Shown here: piece after piece, positions 52,954 through 62,406 of the stretch
How positions within the stretch are numbered: the first letter of the stretch is position 1
How the letters are laid out: each line of letters opens with the position of its first letter
The notes under the pieces: generated by a model
What the model saw: only the letters and a program-made list of their open reading frames with translations
Database searches by the model: none
What the model was told of the DNA's origin: nothing
NCBI GenBank assembly: GCA_037130175.1
Contig: JBAXTN010000009.1
Span: forward strand, 1,247 to 65,246
Direction of reading: 5' to 3'
Length of the DNA stretch: 64,000 bases
Source: a bacterium
GTDB taxonomy: Bacteria > Verrucomicrobiota > Verrucomicrobiia > Chthoniobacterales > UBA6821
Translations under genes and position numbers: made by a program

Positions 52954-53373
52954 ATGCCTTTGCTACCCAAAAGAGTTAAGTATCGCAAGACCCAGCGCGG
53001 AAGTCGCACTGGCACCGCTTCGCGTAACATCAATATTGATTTTGGTGAATTCGGTCTTCAGACCCTGGAAAGGGCTTGGATCACCAACACTCAGATTGAA
53101 GCTGCCCGTGTTGCCCTCACTCGCAACATGAAAAGAAAAGGCAAGCTGTGGATTCGCATTTTTCCCGACAAGTCAGTGACAGCCCGTCCACCGGAGACGC
53201 GTATGGGTAAAGGTAAGGGCCAGCCAGAATATTGGGTCGCCACGGTGCGTCCGGGAAACATCCTCTTTGAGCTTGATGGTATCCCTGAGTCGGTCGCACG
53301 CGAATCTCTGCGCCTTGCAGCCAACAAACTGCCGATTCGCACGAAATTTATCACCCGTCACCACGCTTCCTAG
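52954..53373 (+). CDS. rplP: 50S ribosomal protein L16
   Basis: [16 protein letters not shown]...RMGKGKG.PEYWVA. Confidence 0.95.
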   Translation: MPLLPKRVKYRKTQRGSRTGTASRNINIDFGEFGLQTLERAWITNTQIEAARVALTRNMKRKGKLWIRIFPDKSVTARPPETRMGKGKGQPEYWVATVRPGNILFELDGIPESVARESLRLAANKLPIRTKFITRHHAS

Positions 53374-53398
53374 GCACTTTTAATTACAGGATCTGAAT

Positions 53399-53593
53399 AT
53401 GAATCTTGACGAAATCCGCGAACTGACGCCTAATGAACTTTCTTCCCGTAAAAAGGAACTGCGTCAGGAGATATTCCATCTCCGCTTACAGCAGCAGGCT
53501 GGTCAGCTTGAAAAGCCTCATCTTCTGCGCACCTTGCGCCGTGAAATTGCCCGGCTTGAAACCGTACTGACGGCCAAATCCAAGGCACAGTAA
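53399..53593 (+). CDS. rpmC: 50S ribosomal protein L29
   Basis: 64 aa; ELRQEIFHLRLQQQAGQLEKPH pattern. Confidence 0.9.
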   Translation: MNLDEIRELTPNELSSRKKELRQEIFHLRLQQQAGQLEKPHLLRTLRREIARLETVLTAKSKAQ

Positions 53594-53639
53594 GAAGAAC
53601 AAGTATCAAGCCCTGCACCATTTACATTAGGCCATAGCC

Positions 53640-53933
53640 ATGAACGACACCGCAATTCAAACACCCTCCGAATCACCAACCGTTGCATCCCGCGGACTCC
53701 GCAAGACTCGCGTCGGTGAAGTGATCTCTGACAAGATGGACAAGACCATTGTGGTCAAGACCATCACGCGTGTTCCTCACCCCCTTTTCGGAAAGATTGT
53801 CAAGCAGGTGAAGAAATTCCATGTGCATGATGAAAAAAACGAGGCTAAAATCGGCGATCGCGTCTCCATTGCGGAGACCCGTCCTCTGAGCCGTCTCAAG
53901 CGCTGGCGCCTTGTTGAGGTGATCCGTCACTAA
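53640..53933 (+). CDS. rpsQ: 30S ribosomal protein S17
   Basis: [18 protein letters not shown]...[19 protein letters not shown]. Confidence 0.9.
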   Translation: MNDTAIQTPSESPTVASRGLRKTRVGEVISDKMDKTIVVKTITRVPHPLFGKIVKQVKKFHVHDEKNEAKIGDRVSIAETRPLSRLKRWRLVEVIRH

Positions 53934-53986
53934 GCCGTACTTCAAAATTTTTTAAGGAAACCCCTTCTTTACAGGAACCAACTCCC

Positions 53987-54352
53987 ATGATCCAGATTCG
54001 CTCCCGCCTCGATGTTGCCGACAATACCGGTGCTCGCATGGCAACCATGATCGGTGTTATCGGCAAGCGCACACTCGTCGCCCGCGTCGGTGATGTGATC
54101 ACAGCCAATGTGAAGGAGGCCGCTACAGGTGGTGCCGTCAAAAAGGGTGATGTCGTCCGCGCTGTCGTGGTCCGCACAAGACAGCCGGTTCGCCGAGAGG
54201 ATGGTTCGTATCTGCGATTTGACAGCAACGCCATTGTGATCATCGACAAGGATCTTAATCCACGCGGTACCCGTATTTTCGGCCCTGTCGCACGCGAACT
54301 CCGTGAGAAGAACTTCATGAAGATCGTTTCACTGGCCCCGGAAGTCCTCTAG
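53987..54352 (+). CDS. rplN: 50S ribosomal protein L14
   Basis: [17 protein letters not shown]...[10 protein letters not shown]. Confidence 0.95.
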   Translation: MIQIRSRLDVADNTGARMATMIGVIGKRTLVARVGDVITANVKEAATGGAVKKGDVVRAVVVRTRQPVRREDGSYLRFDSNAIVIIDKDLNPRGTRIFGPVARELREKNFMKIVSLAPEVL

Positions 54353-54366
54353 TATTTTTTCAGACC

Positions 54367-54729
54367 ATGCCCGCTCTTCAGCTCATTAACACTCATGTCC
54401 ATGCCGGTGACCTTGTCAAGGTCATCTCAGGAAACCACCGCGGTTCCGAAGGAAAGATCCTTCAGGTAAACCGTGCCAAGCACCAAGTTGTCATCGAGGG
54501 GGTTCGCATGATCAAGAAACATGTGAAGCGTTCTCAGGAACAGCCCAACGGCGCCATCATTGAGCGCGAGGGGCCCATTCATATTTCCAATGTGAAGCTA
54601 ATCGAAAAGAAAGCCCCTTCTTCAGCTTCAGCCAAGGAAGCCAAAGTGAGTAAGCCCGCCAAGGAAAAGAGTGCTCCCAAGCCAAAGGTTTCTAAGGCTC
54701 CCAAAGCTGCCAAGACAACAGTCGAATAA
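54367..54729 (+). CDS. rplX: 50S ribosomal protein L24 with Lys/Ala-rich tail
   Basis: KOW motif GDLVKVISGNHRGSEGKI, then a C-terminal KEAKVSKPAKEKSAPKPKVSKAPKAAK. Confidence 0.9.
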   Translation: MPALQLINTHVHAGDLVKVISGNHRGSEGKILQVNRAKHQVVIEGVRMIKKHVKRSQEQPNGAIIEREGPIHISNVKLIEKKAPSSASAKEAKVSKPAKEKSAPKPKVSKAPKAAKTTVE

Positions 54730-54740
54730 GTTAATCCGCC

Positions 54741-55352
54741 ATGTCACTTCCAATCGCCGAACTCCAGAACGAATACACCACGCGTGTCATTCCTGCGCTT
54801 AAGGAAAAGCGCGGCTACAACAATGTCCATCAGGTGCCCAGACTGGTCAAGGTGGTCATCAACACATCCATCGCTTCCGCTCCCGATGTGAAGGCCGCCT
54901 TGGAAATCGCCAAGGATGAACTGGAACTTATCACGGGCCAGAAACCCGTTGAGACGATCGCCAAGAAGGCGATTTCCAATTTCAAACTTCGGGCCGGACA
55001 ACCGATCGGAGCAAAGGTCACCCTGCGTGGCCGGATCATGTATGAGTTCCTTGAGCGCCTGATTAAGACGGCGCTTCCTAGGATCCGTGATTTTCGTGGG
55101 GTATCCGGCCGTGCATTTGACGGCAACGGCAACTACACACTTGGTGTGGCTGACCAGTCCATCTTTCCCGAAGTGGAGCTTGATAAAATCAAGCGAAACA
55201 TAGGCTTTGACATCACCATCGTGACTTCCGCGACAAATAACGACGAGGCTCGGGCCCTGCTTACAGAGCTAGGTGTTCCTTTTGTCGGTCGTAATGCCAA
55301 GAAAGCAGAAAAAACTGCTGAGGCTACCGAAGAAACAGCAACCGCCGCCTGA
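54741..55352 (+). CDS. rplE: 50S ribosomal protein L5
   Basis: AKVTLRGRIMYEFLERLI..ALPRIRDFRG...GNYTLG. Confidence 0.95.
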   Translation: MSLPIAELQNEYTTRVIPALKEKRGYNNVHQVPRLVKVVINTSIASAPDVKAALEIAKDELELITGQKPVETIAKKAISNFKLRAGQPIGAKVTLRGRIMYEFLERLIKTALPRIRDFRGVSGRAFDGNGNYTLGVADQSIFPEVELDKIKRNIGFDITIVTSATNNDEARALLTELGVPFVGRNAKKAEKTAEATEETATAA

Positions 55353-55357
55353 TATTC

Positions 55358-55756
55358 ATGAGTGCCCTGACCGATCCCATAGCCGATCTACTTACCCGAG
55401 TCCGTAACGCTGTAAGCGTTCAGAAGGTGGAGTTCTTTGTGCCCTATTCCAAGATTAAGAGCGATATCGTCGCCATTCTGAAGCGTGAGGGGTACATTGA
55501 GGACTACGAACTTGACAATCAAGAGTCGCATCCTCGCATCAAGGTACGCCCCCGCTATGTCGGCAAGACTCCGGCCATTGCTGGTCTCCGTCGAATAAGC
55601 CGGCCTGGGCTCCGCCGCTATGTAGGCAGCGAAGAAATTCCCCGCGTTCTCGGCGGATTGGGAATTTCGATCATCTCCACTTCCCGTGGAGTTCTTTCCG
55701 GGCATGAGGCCCGCAAGCAGAAAGTCGGCGGCGAACTCCTCGCCTACATCTGGTAA
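55358..55756 (+). CDS. rpsH: 30S ribosomal protein S8
   Basis: LTDPIADLLTRVRNA...GGELLAYIW. Starts 5 nt after rplE, so there is no room for rpsN. Confidence 0.95.
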   Translation: MSALTDPIADLLTRVRNAVSVQKVEFFVPYSKIKSDIVAILKREGYIEDYELDNQESHPRIKVRPRYVGKTPAIAGLRRISRPGLRRYVGSEEIPRVLGGLGISIISTSRGVLSGHEARKQKVGGELLAYIW

Positions 55757-55780
55757 ACAATACCGTTAACACCCACTCTC

Positions 55781-56320
55781 ATGTCACGAATCGGTAAAAC
55801 ACCAATCACTCTCCCCGCCGGAGTCAAAGTCGCCTTGGAACAAGGCGGCAAAGTAACGGTCGAGGGATCCAAGGGCAAGCTAAGCTGGGAACTCCCATCC
55901 GGCATCACTGCTTCTTTGGAAGGAACTACCCTCACTGTCAGCCGAGCCAATGAAGATCGCTCCGTTCGTGCCCTTCATGGTCTTGCCCGCGCCCTGCTCA
56001 ACAATATGGTCACCGGAGTCAGTCAAGGATTCCGTCGTGAACTTGAGATTCAGGGGGTTGGTTTCCGTGCCGCCGTCAAGGGTGACAAACTCGATCTTTC
56101 AGTCGGTTACTCACATCCAATCCTCTTCGAGATCCCTAAAGAGATCAAGGTGGCCGTCACCGACAATACCAAGATTTCCATTGAAGGGATTGACAAGCAC
56201 CTCGTGGGTCAGGTTGCAGCGGACATTCGTGCCTACTATCCACCTGAGCCGTACAAGGGCAAAGGCATACGCTATGCCGGCGAAGTTGTTCGCCGGAAAG
56301 AGGGCAAGACCGTTCAATAA
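55781..56320 (+). CDS. rplF: 50S ribosomal protein L6
   Basis: MSRIGKTPITLPAGV...GYSHPI...PEPYKGKGIRY. Confidence 0.95.
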   Translation: MSRIGKTPITLPAGVKVALEQGGKVTVEGSKGKLSWELPSGITASLEGTTLTVSRANEDRSVRALHGLARALLNNMVTGVSQGFRRELEIQGVGFRAAVKGDKLDLSVGYSHPILFEIPKEIKVAVTDNTKISIEGIDKHLVGQVAADIRAYYPPEPYKGKGIRYAGEVVRRKEGKTVQ

Positions 56321-56353
56321 TCACAAGTCCAGTAATCACCGGAAGCACACACC

Positions 56354-56710
56354 ATGTCCGCCACCAATTCACGCAAACTGCGTCATATCAGACTTCGCAA
56401 GAAGGTATCCGGCACCCCGGAGCGCCCTCGTCTGGCCATTCATTTCTCAGGGCAGCATATCACCGCCCAGGTCATCGACGATCTTGCCGGTGCCACGCTG
56501 GCCAGCGTCAACACAACTGAGGAGTCCTTTCGTAAAGACTCCAATAGCCGAGCGAATGTCGCCACAGCGGTCAAGGTTGGCAAACTGATCGCCGAGCGCG
56601 GTCTTGCCAATAAAGTTGACAAAGTTGTGTTTGATCGCGGTGGATTCCATTATCATGGCAAGGTTAAAGCCTTGGCCGATGCCGCCCGTGAAGGCGGACT
56701 TCAGTTTTAA
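56354..56710 (+). CDS. rplR: 50S ribosomal protein L18
   Basis: RPRLAIHFSGQHITAQVIDD...VVFDRGGFHYHGKVKALADAAREGGL. Confidence 0.95.
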   Translation: MSATNSRKLRHIRLRKKVSGTPERPRLAIHFSGQHITAQVIDDLAGATLASVNTTEESFRKDSNSRANVATAVKVGKLIAERGLANKVDKVVFDRGGFHYHGKVKALADAAREGGLQF

Positions 56711-56732
56711 CCTTCCCTAACTTTCTACTCTC

Positions 56733-57290
56733 ATGGCCGAAAAACCAAACAAACGCGGACCTCGCCGGGACAAACCCGCAGACGACACTCCAAAAGACAC
56801 AATTGAAAAAGTCGTGTTCATCAACCGCTGCGCCAAAGTCGTCAAGGGTGGACGCCGTTTCAGCTTCAGCGCACTTATCGTGACGGGTGACATGAAAGGT
56901 CGGGTAGGCATTGGCTTCGGCAAGGCGAATGAAGTGAGCGAAGCAATCCGAAAAGGTTCTGACGCAGCACGCAAAGCAATGGTTCCTGTCTCCATTTCCG
57001 AGAACACGATTCCTCACGAAGTCATCGGGGAATTTGGCGGTGGACGAGTCCTTCTTCGCCCGGCATCACCTGGAACAGGTGTGATCGCCGGAGGTGGTGT
57101 TCGTGCCGTGATCGAGGCTGCCGGTATACGCGATGTGCTTGCCAAGTCGCTTGGTTCAAGCAATCACTCCAATGTCGTCAAGGCAACCCTATCCGCACTT
57201 ACCAGCCTGCGTCCACGCGCTGAGATCATGAAACTCCGTGGAAAAAAAATCCGTACTGCAGAAACTGCTGTTGATGCAGTTGCTGCCTGA
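56733..57290 (+). CDS. rpsE: 30S ribosomal protein S5
   Basis: [37 protein letters not shown]. Confidence 0.95.
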   Translation: MAEKPNKRGPRRDKPADDTPKDTIEKVVFINRCAKVVKGGRRFSFSALIVTGDMKGRVGIGFGKANEVSEAIRKGSDAARKAMVPVSISENTIPHEVIGEFGGGRVLLRPASPGTGVIAGGGVRAVIEAAGIRDVLAKSLGSSNHSNVVKATLSALTSLRPRAEIMKLRGKKIRTAETAVDAVAA

Positions 57291-57328
57291 TTAAACAGAC
57301 GCGTTCAAACTTGTAACATATTATACTC

Positions 57329-57847
57329 ATGCGACTTCATAATCTCGCCCCTCGTCCCGGTGCCAAGCACCGTCGTAAGCGCCTTGGTTGCGGTGAAAGC
57401 AGCGGCCACGGAAAGACCTCCGGCCGTGGTCACAAAGGCCAGAAAGCCCGTTCCGGTGGAAGTGTCCGCCTGGGATTCGAGGGTGGCCAGATGCCCTTGA
57501 TTCGTCGTCTTCCCAAACGCGGCTTCAATAACACTGATTTTAAACCCGTATATGCCGTGGTTAATCTTGACACACTGGAGGAACGCTTTGAAGCCGGAGC
57601 ACGCATTGATGAGACGGCGCTCCGAGCGAATCGTCTTGTGCATGGTCGCAATGACGGAATCAAGCTTCTCGCCCGTGGCACGGTGACTAAATCGTTCACC
57701 GTTGAAGTGGACAAATCGAGTGCCGCAGCCCGTGAAAAACTAGAGCAAGCTGGAGGATCACTTGTTCTGCGTGAACCCAAGCTTAAAAAAACCAAGCTTG
57801 AGTCCAAGGTAGCCAAGTCTGCCGAAAGAACAGCAAAGGCCGCCTAA
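57329..57847 (+). CDS. rplO: 50S ribosomal protein L15
   Basis: MRLHNLAPRPGAKHRRKRLGCGESSGHGKTSGRGHKGQ. No rpmD between rpsE and rplO. Confidence 0.95.
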   Translation: MRLHNLAPRPGAKHRRKRLGCGESSGHGKTSGRGHKGQKARSGGSVRLGFEGGQMPLIRRLPKRGFNNTDFKPVYAVVNLDTLEERFEAGARIDETALRANRLVHGRNDGIKLLARGTVTKSFTVEVDKSSAAAREKLEQAGGSLVLREPKLKKTKLESKVAKSAERTAKAA

Positions 57848-57904
57848 CGCTGCCTTCTATCCCCGGGAGGCTTTTTTCATCAGAAGCATGCTCGGAACGC
57901 ACCA

Positions 57905-59407
57905 ATGATTTCGGCCTTTGCCAACATATTCAAGATTCCCGAGCTGAGACAACGCGTTCTCTTCACGCTCGGTATGATCGTGATCATGCGAATTGGTGCC
58001 GCTATCACCACGCCTGGTGTGAATGCCATGGTCTTGCGGGATTGGTTCCTTAATGTTGCGGATGCAAAGGTCGGTGGCGGTGTGGCCGCTCTTTTTAATC
58101 TATTTTCAGGTGGAGCCCTTGGAAACTGCGCAATTTTTTCCCTGGGTATCATGCCCTACATCAGTGCCTCCATCATGCTTCAGCTTCTTGGTGCTGTGAT
58201 TCCAAAACTAGGCCGACTTGCCCGGGAGGACGGAGGTCGCCAAAAAATAGCCCAGTACACGCGCTACACCACGATTTTACTGTGTCTCTTTCAGGGGTGG
58301 CTGCTCGCTCTTTCGTTTGAGAGTCCCCAATCAAACCCATTTCTTCCCGGAATTTCAGAAACGATCGCTCGGCTTGGCATTCCGTTGGTCGCGGATCCCG
58401 GCTTCGCCTTCCGCCTGCTTACAGTACTGGTGATGACTGCGGGCACTCTCTTTCTCATGTGGATGGGGGATCAGATCACAGAACGCGGTATAGGAAATGG
58501 GATCTCGGTGATCATTACGATTGGTATTTTGGCTCAGCTTCCAGCCGGATTGGTGCAGGCATGGCGAACTTTTGTCCCGACAACTGGGGAAACATCCAAT
58601 GTCAGTCCTGTTGTGCTGGTGATTTTATGCGCCTTTCTCTTTATCGTGATTGCATCGGTCATTGCGGTCACGCAGGCTACCCGACGGATCAGCGTACAGT
58701 ATGCCAAAAGAGTTGTTGGCCGTAAGGTTTATGGCGGTCAGACGCAGTACATGCCACTCAAGGTCAATTACTCGGGTGTGATGCCAATTATTTTTGCGCA
58801 GGCCATACTCATGTTCCCTTCTCAGATATTGAGCATGGCATTCGGTCACAAGGGTTGGGCTGTCGAATTGGCGAATTTGCTGACCAACGGATGGCTTCAT
58901 TACCTTCTCTATGCCCTGCTGATCTTCAGTTTCAGCTACTTCTGGGTTGCCACACAGTTTCAACCCGCACAGATTGCCGATGATCTAAAGAAGAACGGTG
59001 GATTTATACCTGGAGTTCGCCCGGGCAAACCTACTGCTGAATTTCTCGATTATACGATGGGCAGGCTTACATTTGCCGGAGCTCTCTTTCTGGTCATTAT
59101 CGCAGTGTTGCCACAACTCCTGAGTCGAGCTCTTCAGGTTCCGTACATGGCTGCGCAGTTCTTCGGCGGTACCGGTTTGCTCATTATTGTTGGAGTGACT
59201 CTGGACACCATGCGTCAGGTGGAGACCTACCTGCTCCAGCGGCATTACGATGGTTTCTTGAGAAAAGGCAAGTTGCGTGGTCGCAGCGGTACCCGCCCAT
59301 CGGTAAGCGGTTCTGCGGTCAGTGACACCTCCTTGGTCTGGCTGTTTGCAGGACTGGGACTGTTTGTTATCGCGGGAGTGACGATTGTCCTCACTCGCCA
59401 TCACTAA
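57905..59407 (+). CDS. secY: preprotein translocase subunit SecY with C-terminal extension containing an extra hydrophobic helix
   Basis: Canonical SecY from IFKIPELRQRVLFT to LLQRHYDGFLRKG, followed by ~50 extra residues including LVWLFAGLGLFVIAGVTIVL. Confidence 0.95.
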   Translation: MISAFANIFKIPELRQRVLFTLGMIVIMRIGAAITTPGVNAMVLRDWFLNVADAKVGGGVAALFNLFSGGALGNCAIFSLGIMPYISASIMLQLLGAVIPKLGRLAREDGGRQKIAQYTRYTTILLCLFQGWLLALSFESPQSNPFLPGISETIARLGIPLVADPGFAFRLLTVLVMTAGTLFLMWMGDQITERGIGNGISVIITIGILAQLPAGLVQAWRTFVPTTGETSNVSPVVLVILCAFLFIVIASVIAVTQATRRISVQYAKRVVGRKVYGGQTQYMPLKVNYSGVMPIIFAQAILMFPSQILSMAFGHKGWAVELANLLTNGWLHYLLYALLIFSFSYFWVATQFQPAQIADDLKKNGGFIPGVRPGKPTAEFLDYTMGRLTFAGALFLVIIAVLPQLLSRALQVPYMAAQFFGGTGLLIIVGVTLDTMRQVETYLLQRHYDGFLRKGKLRGRSGTRPSVSGSAVSDTSLVWLFAGLGLFVIAGVTIVLTRHH

Positions 59408-59417
59408 GGCCGCTCGA

Positions 59418-60068
59418 ATGAAGCAGCGGATCGTGCTGCTCGGCCCTCCCGCATCAGGGAAGGGGACTCAGGCTGAGTTCATAGTCTCTTCATTCGGCAT
59501 CCCGCATGTTTCCACAGGGGCACTGCTTCGTGCAGAGTGTGCAAATGGCACATCCCTTGGAAAGGAGGCGAATCGTTGGACGCATCAGGGATTGCTCGTT
59601 CCTGATGAACTTGCCATCAGGATGATTACCGCATGGATCGCTGAACATGGAACGAGGTTTCTTTTCGATGGGTTTCCCCGAACGGAGGCTCAGGCTGAAC
59701 ATCTCTATACCGCCCTTGCTTCACTGAGTGCGCCACTCGATCTTGTGATCGTCCTTGAACTTGGCGAAGAGGAGATTCGTCGCCGTATTTCCTCGCGACT
59801 TTCCTGTCTTGCCTGTGGAGCCACCTTTAGCGGTACGCTTAATTCCCTAAAGGCCGGTGATGCCTGTCTGCGGTGCGGTGAAAAATTGGTTCGCCGAACC
59901 GATGATCAGCCTGCTGCCGTGGAGAAACGCTTGGAATCGTATCACAAGCTGACATTTCCGGTTATCGGCTATTATGAACGCAACGCATCGAATTTGATTT
60001 ATCGCGTGGATGCGGGCAGGGAGAGCGATGCTGTTTTCTCCGACATCTGCAAACTGATACAATCATGA
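59418..60068 (+). CDS. adk: adenylate kinase (Zn-lid type)
   Basis: P-loop LLGPPASGKGTQ. The lid has CLACG...CLRCG (four Cys). Confidence 0.95.
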   Translation: MKQRIVLLGPPASGKGTQAEFIVSSFGIPHVSTGALLRAECANGTSLGKEANRWTHQGLLVPDELAIRMITAWIAEHGTRFLFDGFPRTEAQAEHLYTALASLSAPLDLVIVLELGEEEIRRRISSRLSCLACGATFSGTLNSLKAGDACLRCGEKLVRRTDDQPAAVEKRLESYHKLTFPVIGYYERNASNLIYRVDAGRESDAVFSDICKLIQS

Positions 60069-60123
60069 CCGATTTTTCCAGCTTCCCTCCCAAGCCGTAT
60101 TGCTGAATTCTAAAGTTATTTTC

Positions 60124-60888
60124 ATGTCGCTCATACCGATTAAATCCCCCGCCGAAATTGAGAAGATGCGTGCTGCAGGACAGGCGGCTGCACTTGTCTT
60201 AGATCGTCTTGCAAAGTTGGTTGCTCCGGGCGTGACGACCGGGGAGATCGACCGTGCGGCGGGAGAGTATATGGCCGAGCTGGGAGGAAAGAGTGCTTTT
60301 CTTGGGTACCGCAAATTTCCAGGACAAATTTGCATCTCGGTAAACGAGGAGGTGGTTCATGGTATCGGTGGCCCTCGTCGATTGGCCTATGGTGACATTG
60401 TCAAGATTGATACGGGGGTTGTTCTCGACGGATATATTGGCGACACCGCCACCACGGTGCCATGCGGTGCCGTGGATCCAGAAACAGAACGACTCTGCAC
60501 TGCGACAAAGAAACTTCTGGAGGGGGCGATTCACTTTGCCGTGGCAGGGTGCAAACTGGGTGATCTGAGTCACTATATCGAGACGGAGGCTCTCAGGCAG
60601 GGACTCGGTGTCGTCCGTGAGTTTGTGGGGCATGGCGTGGGTCGCAAACTGCATGAGGAACCTCAGATCCCCAACTATGGGCGTCGCGGTTCAGGGCCCA
60701 GGCTTAAGGCAGGAATGACACTGGCGATCGAGCCGATGATCAACCTCGGTGCTGAGGGGGTCAGGATTCTGGATGACAAATGGACGGTGGTGACGGCGGA
60801 CGGGAAACCCTCCGCCCATTTCGAGCACACAATTTTAGTGACAGAAAATGCACCGGAGGTCTTGACATGCCTGCCACTTATAGCTTAA
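60124..60888 (+). CDS. map: type I methionine aminopeptidase
   Basis: IKSPAEIEKMR, DIVKIDTG, FVGHGVG and EHTILVT metal-ligand motifs. Confidence 0.95.
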   Translation: MSLIPIKSPAEIEKMRAAGQAAALVLDRLAKLVAPGVTTGEIDRAAGEYMAELGGKSAFLGYRKFPGQICISVNEEVVHGIGGPRRLAYGDIVKIDTGVVLDGYIGDTATTVPCGAVDPETERLCTATKKLLEGAIHFAVAGCKLGDLSHYIETEALRQGLGVVREFVGHGVGRKLHEEPQIPNYGRRGSGPRLKAGMTLAIEPMINLGAEGVRILDDKWTVVTADGKPSAHFEHTILVTENAPEVLTCLPLIA

Positions 60889-61106
60889 AACATTCGGCCC
60901 TTGTCGTAGAGAAACTGTCCAAAGCCCGCTTCCGTGTGGAGTTGGCTGGAGGCAGAAGGATACTGACTACGGTCTCAGGCTTGTTGCGTTTGAAATTCAC
61001 TCGCATTCTTCCCGGGCATCATGTAGTTGTCAGTGTTTCTCCTTACGATCTCAATAAGGGAACAATCATCCAGCGACTTCCGAGTCTTCAATCCACCCAA
61101 TCATAA
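60867..61106 (+). CDS. infA: translation initiation factor IF-1 (divergent)
   Basis: FRVELAGGRRILTTVSGLLRLKFTRILPGHHVVVSVSPYDLNKGTI aligns with the canonical IF-1 S1-fold. The ATG lies 22 nt inside map. Confidence 0.8.
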   Translation: MPATYSLKHSALVVEKLSKARFRVELAGGRRILTTVSGLLRLKFTRILPGHHVVVSVSPYDLNKGTIIQRLPSLQSTQS

Positions 61107-61163
61107 AACTGATCTTTGTGACGGCCTAGGCCGATGCCATTTTTTCTCACTCCATTTCCAAAT

Positions 61164-61277
61164 ATGAAAGTTCGAGCCTCCGTCAAACGCCTTTGCGAAA
61201 CCTGCAAGATTGTCCGCCGCAACAATGTGGTGCGTGTTGTCTGCAAAAACCCCCGTCACAAACAACGCCAGGGCTAA
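61164..61277 (+). CDS. rpmJ: 50S ribosomal protein L36
   Basis: Not in the ORF track (37 aa). Hand translation: [37 protein letters not shown]. Confidence 0.95.
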   Translation: MKVRASVKRLCETCKIVRRNNVVRVVCKNPRHKQRQG

Positions 61278-61311
61278 TTGCCAGGGCCTCACACCATACA
61301 GAACCACGATC

Positions 61312-61689
61312 ATGCCACGACTCCTCGGCGTAGAAATCCCCGGTGACAAGCGCATCGAAGCCTCGCTTGTTTACATTTACGGAATTGGCCCCAAAACCTC
61401 AAGGCGTGTCCTTGAGCAGGCCAATATCAATCCAGATATCCGAGCCAAGGAGCTCTCTCCCGAGCAGATCGGTTCCCTCATCTCAGCCATCACGGCGCAG
61501 AAGGTGACAATCGAAGGTGATCTTCGCAGAGAGATCCAGGGCAACCTAAAGCGGCTTCAGGCAATCAACTGCTACCGCGGTCTGCGCCATCGTCGTGGCC
61601 TTCCCGTTCGCGGTCAGCGCACCCAGACCAATGCCCGCACCCGCAAGGGACCTCGTAAGACCGTGGGCGTTGTCCGTGCCAAGGATTAA
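61312..61689 (+). CDS. rpsM: 30S ribosomal protein S13
   Basis: [26 protein letters not shown]...[16 protein letters not shown]. Confidence 0.95.
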   Translation: MPRLLGVEIPGDKRIEASLVYIYGIGPKTSRRVLEQANINPDIRAKELSPEQIGSLISAITAQKVTIEGDLRREIQGNLKRLQAINCYRGLRHRRGLPVRGQRTQTNARTRKGPRKTVGVVRAKD

Positions 61690-61729
61690 TATCAATCCAG
61701 CATCCGTTCAGAAATAGCATAGACCATTC

Positions 61730-62365
61730 ATGTCCGAAGAAACGCCCGTCACACCAGAAACTCCCGCTCCAGCATCCGAGAGCCTCTCCCAAGATGCAAA
61801 ACGCCATGAGGAGACCCAGGAGCATCATCCGGTAGCGCCTGAAGCCGCGCAAGTTGCAGCCGTCGTCGAGACAGTCGCAGCTCCCAAAGCCGAAAAGCCA
61901 AAGACCAAGAAGAGCAAGGAAAAGAAGACAGAGGAAGCTGCTCCTGCTGCCCCTGTGAGCTTCAATCTTGATGACCCGATCGAGCCACCCAAGATCGTCA
62001 AGGCCAAGGGCAGCAAGAATATCACGCACGGCATCGCTCATGTGCAGGCTACCTTCAACAACACTATCGTCAGCATTACCGACCTTCGCGGCGCGGTGAT
62101 CGGATGGGCAAGTGCCGGCAAGATGGGATTCAAGGGATCCCGTAAGAGCACTGCCTACGCAGCCCAGATGGTTGCACAGGATGCCTGCCGTCAGGCTATG
62201 GGCCACGGTCTCAAGGAAGTCCAAGTCCGCGTGAAAGGCCCGGGATCAGGCCGTGAATCCGCTGTGCGTGCAATGCAGGCCATCGGACTTGAAATCTCTG
62301 TCATTCAGGATGTGACCCCAGTTCCACACAACGGATGCCGTCCTCCCAAACAGCGCCGCGTCTGA
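61730..62365 (+). CDS. rpsK: 30S ribosomal protein S11 with ~80-aa N-terminal extension
   Basis: The core [18 protein letters not shown]...[16 protein letters not shown] is preceded by an open 100-codon Pro/Glu/Ala/Lys-rich region. An alternative in-frame GTG at 61955 would give a canonical-length protein. Confidence 0.9.
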   Translation: MSEETPVTPETPAPASESLSQDAKRHEETQEHHPVAPEAAQVAAVVETVAAPKAEKPKTKKSKEKKTEEAAPAAPVSFNLDDPIEPPKIVKAKGSKNITHGIAHVQATFNNTIVSITDLRGAVIGWASAGKMGFKGSRKSTAYAAQMVAQDACRQAMGHGLKEVQVRVKGPGSGRESAVRAMQAIGLEISVIQDVTPVPHNGCRPPKQRRV

Positions 62366-62406
62366 GTCGATCAACCACAGCCTTTACCTACTAATTTTCT
62401 TATCCC

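Noticed and set aside
57848-57904. Weak hairpin plus T6 (ccttctatccccgggaggctttttt) between rplO and secY as an internal terminator.
   Set aside because: The stem needs G-U pairs and is only a few base pairs long. secY is normally co-transcribed with rplO. The evidence is too weak to call.
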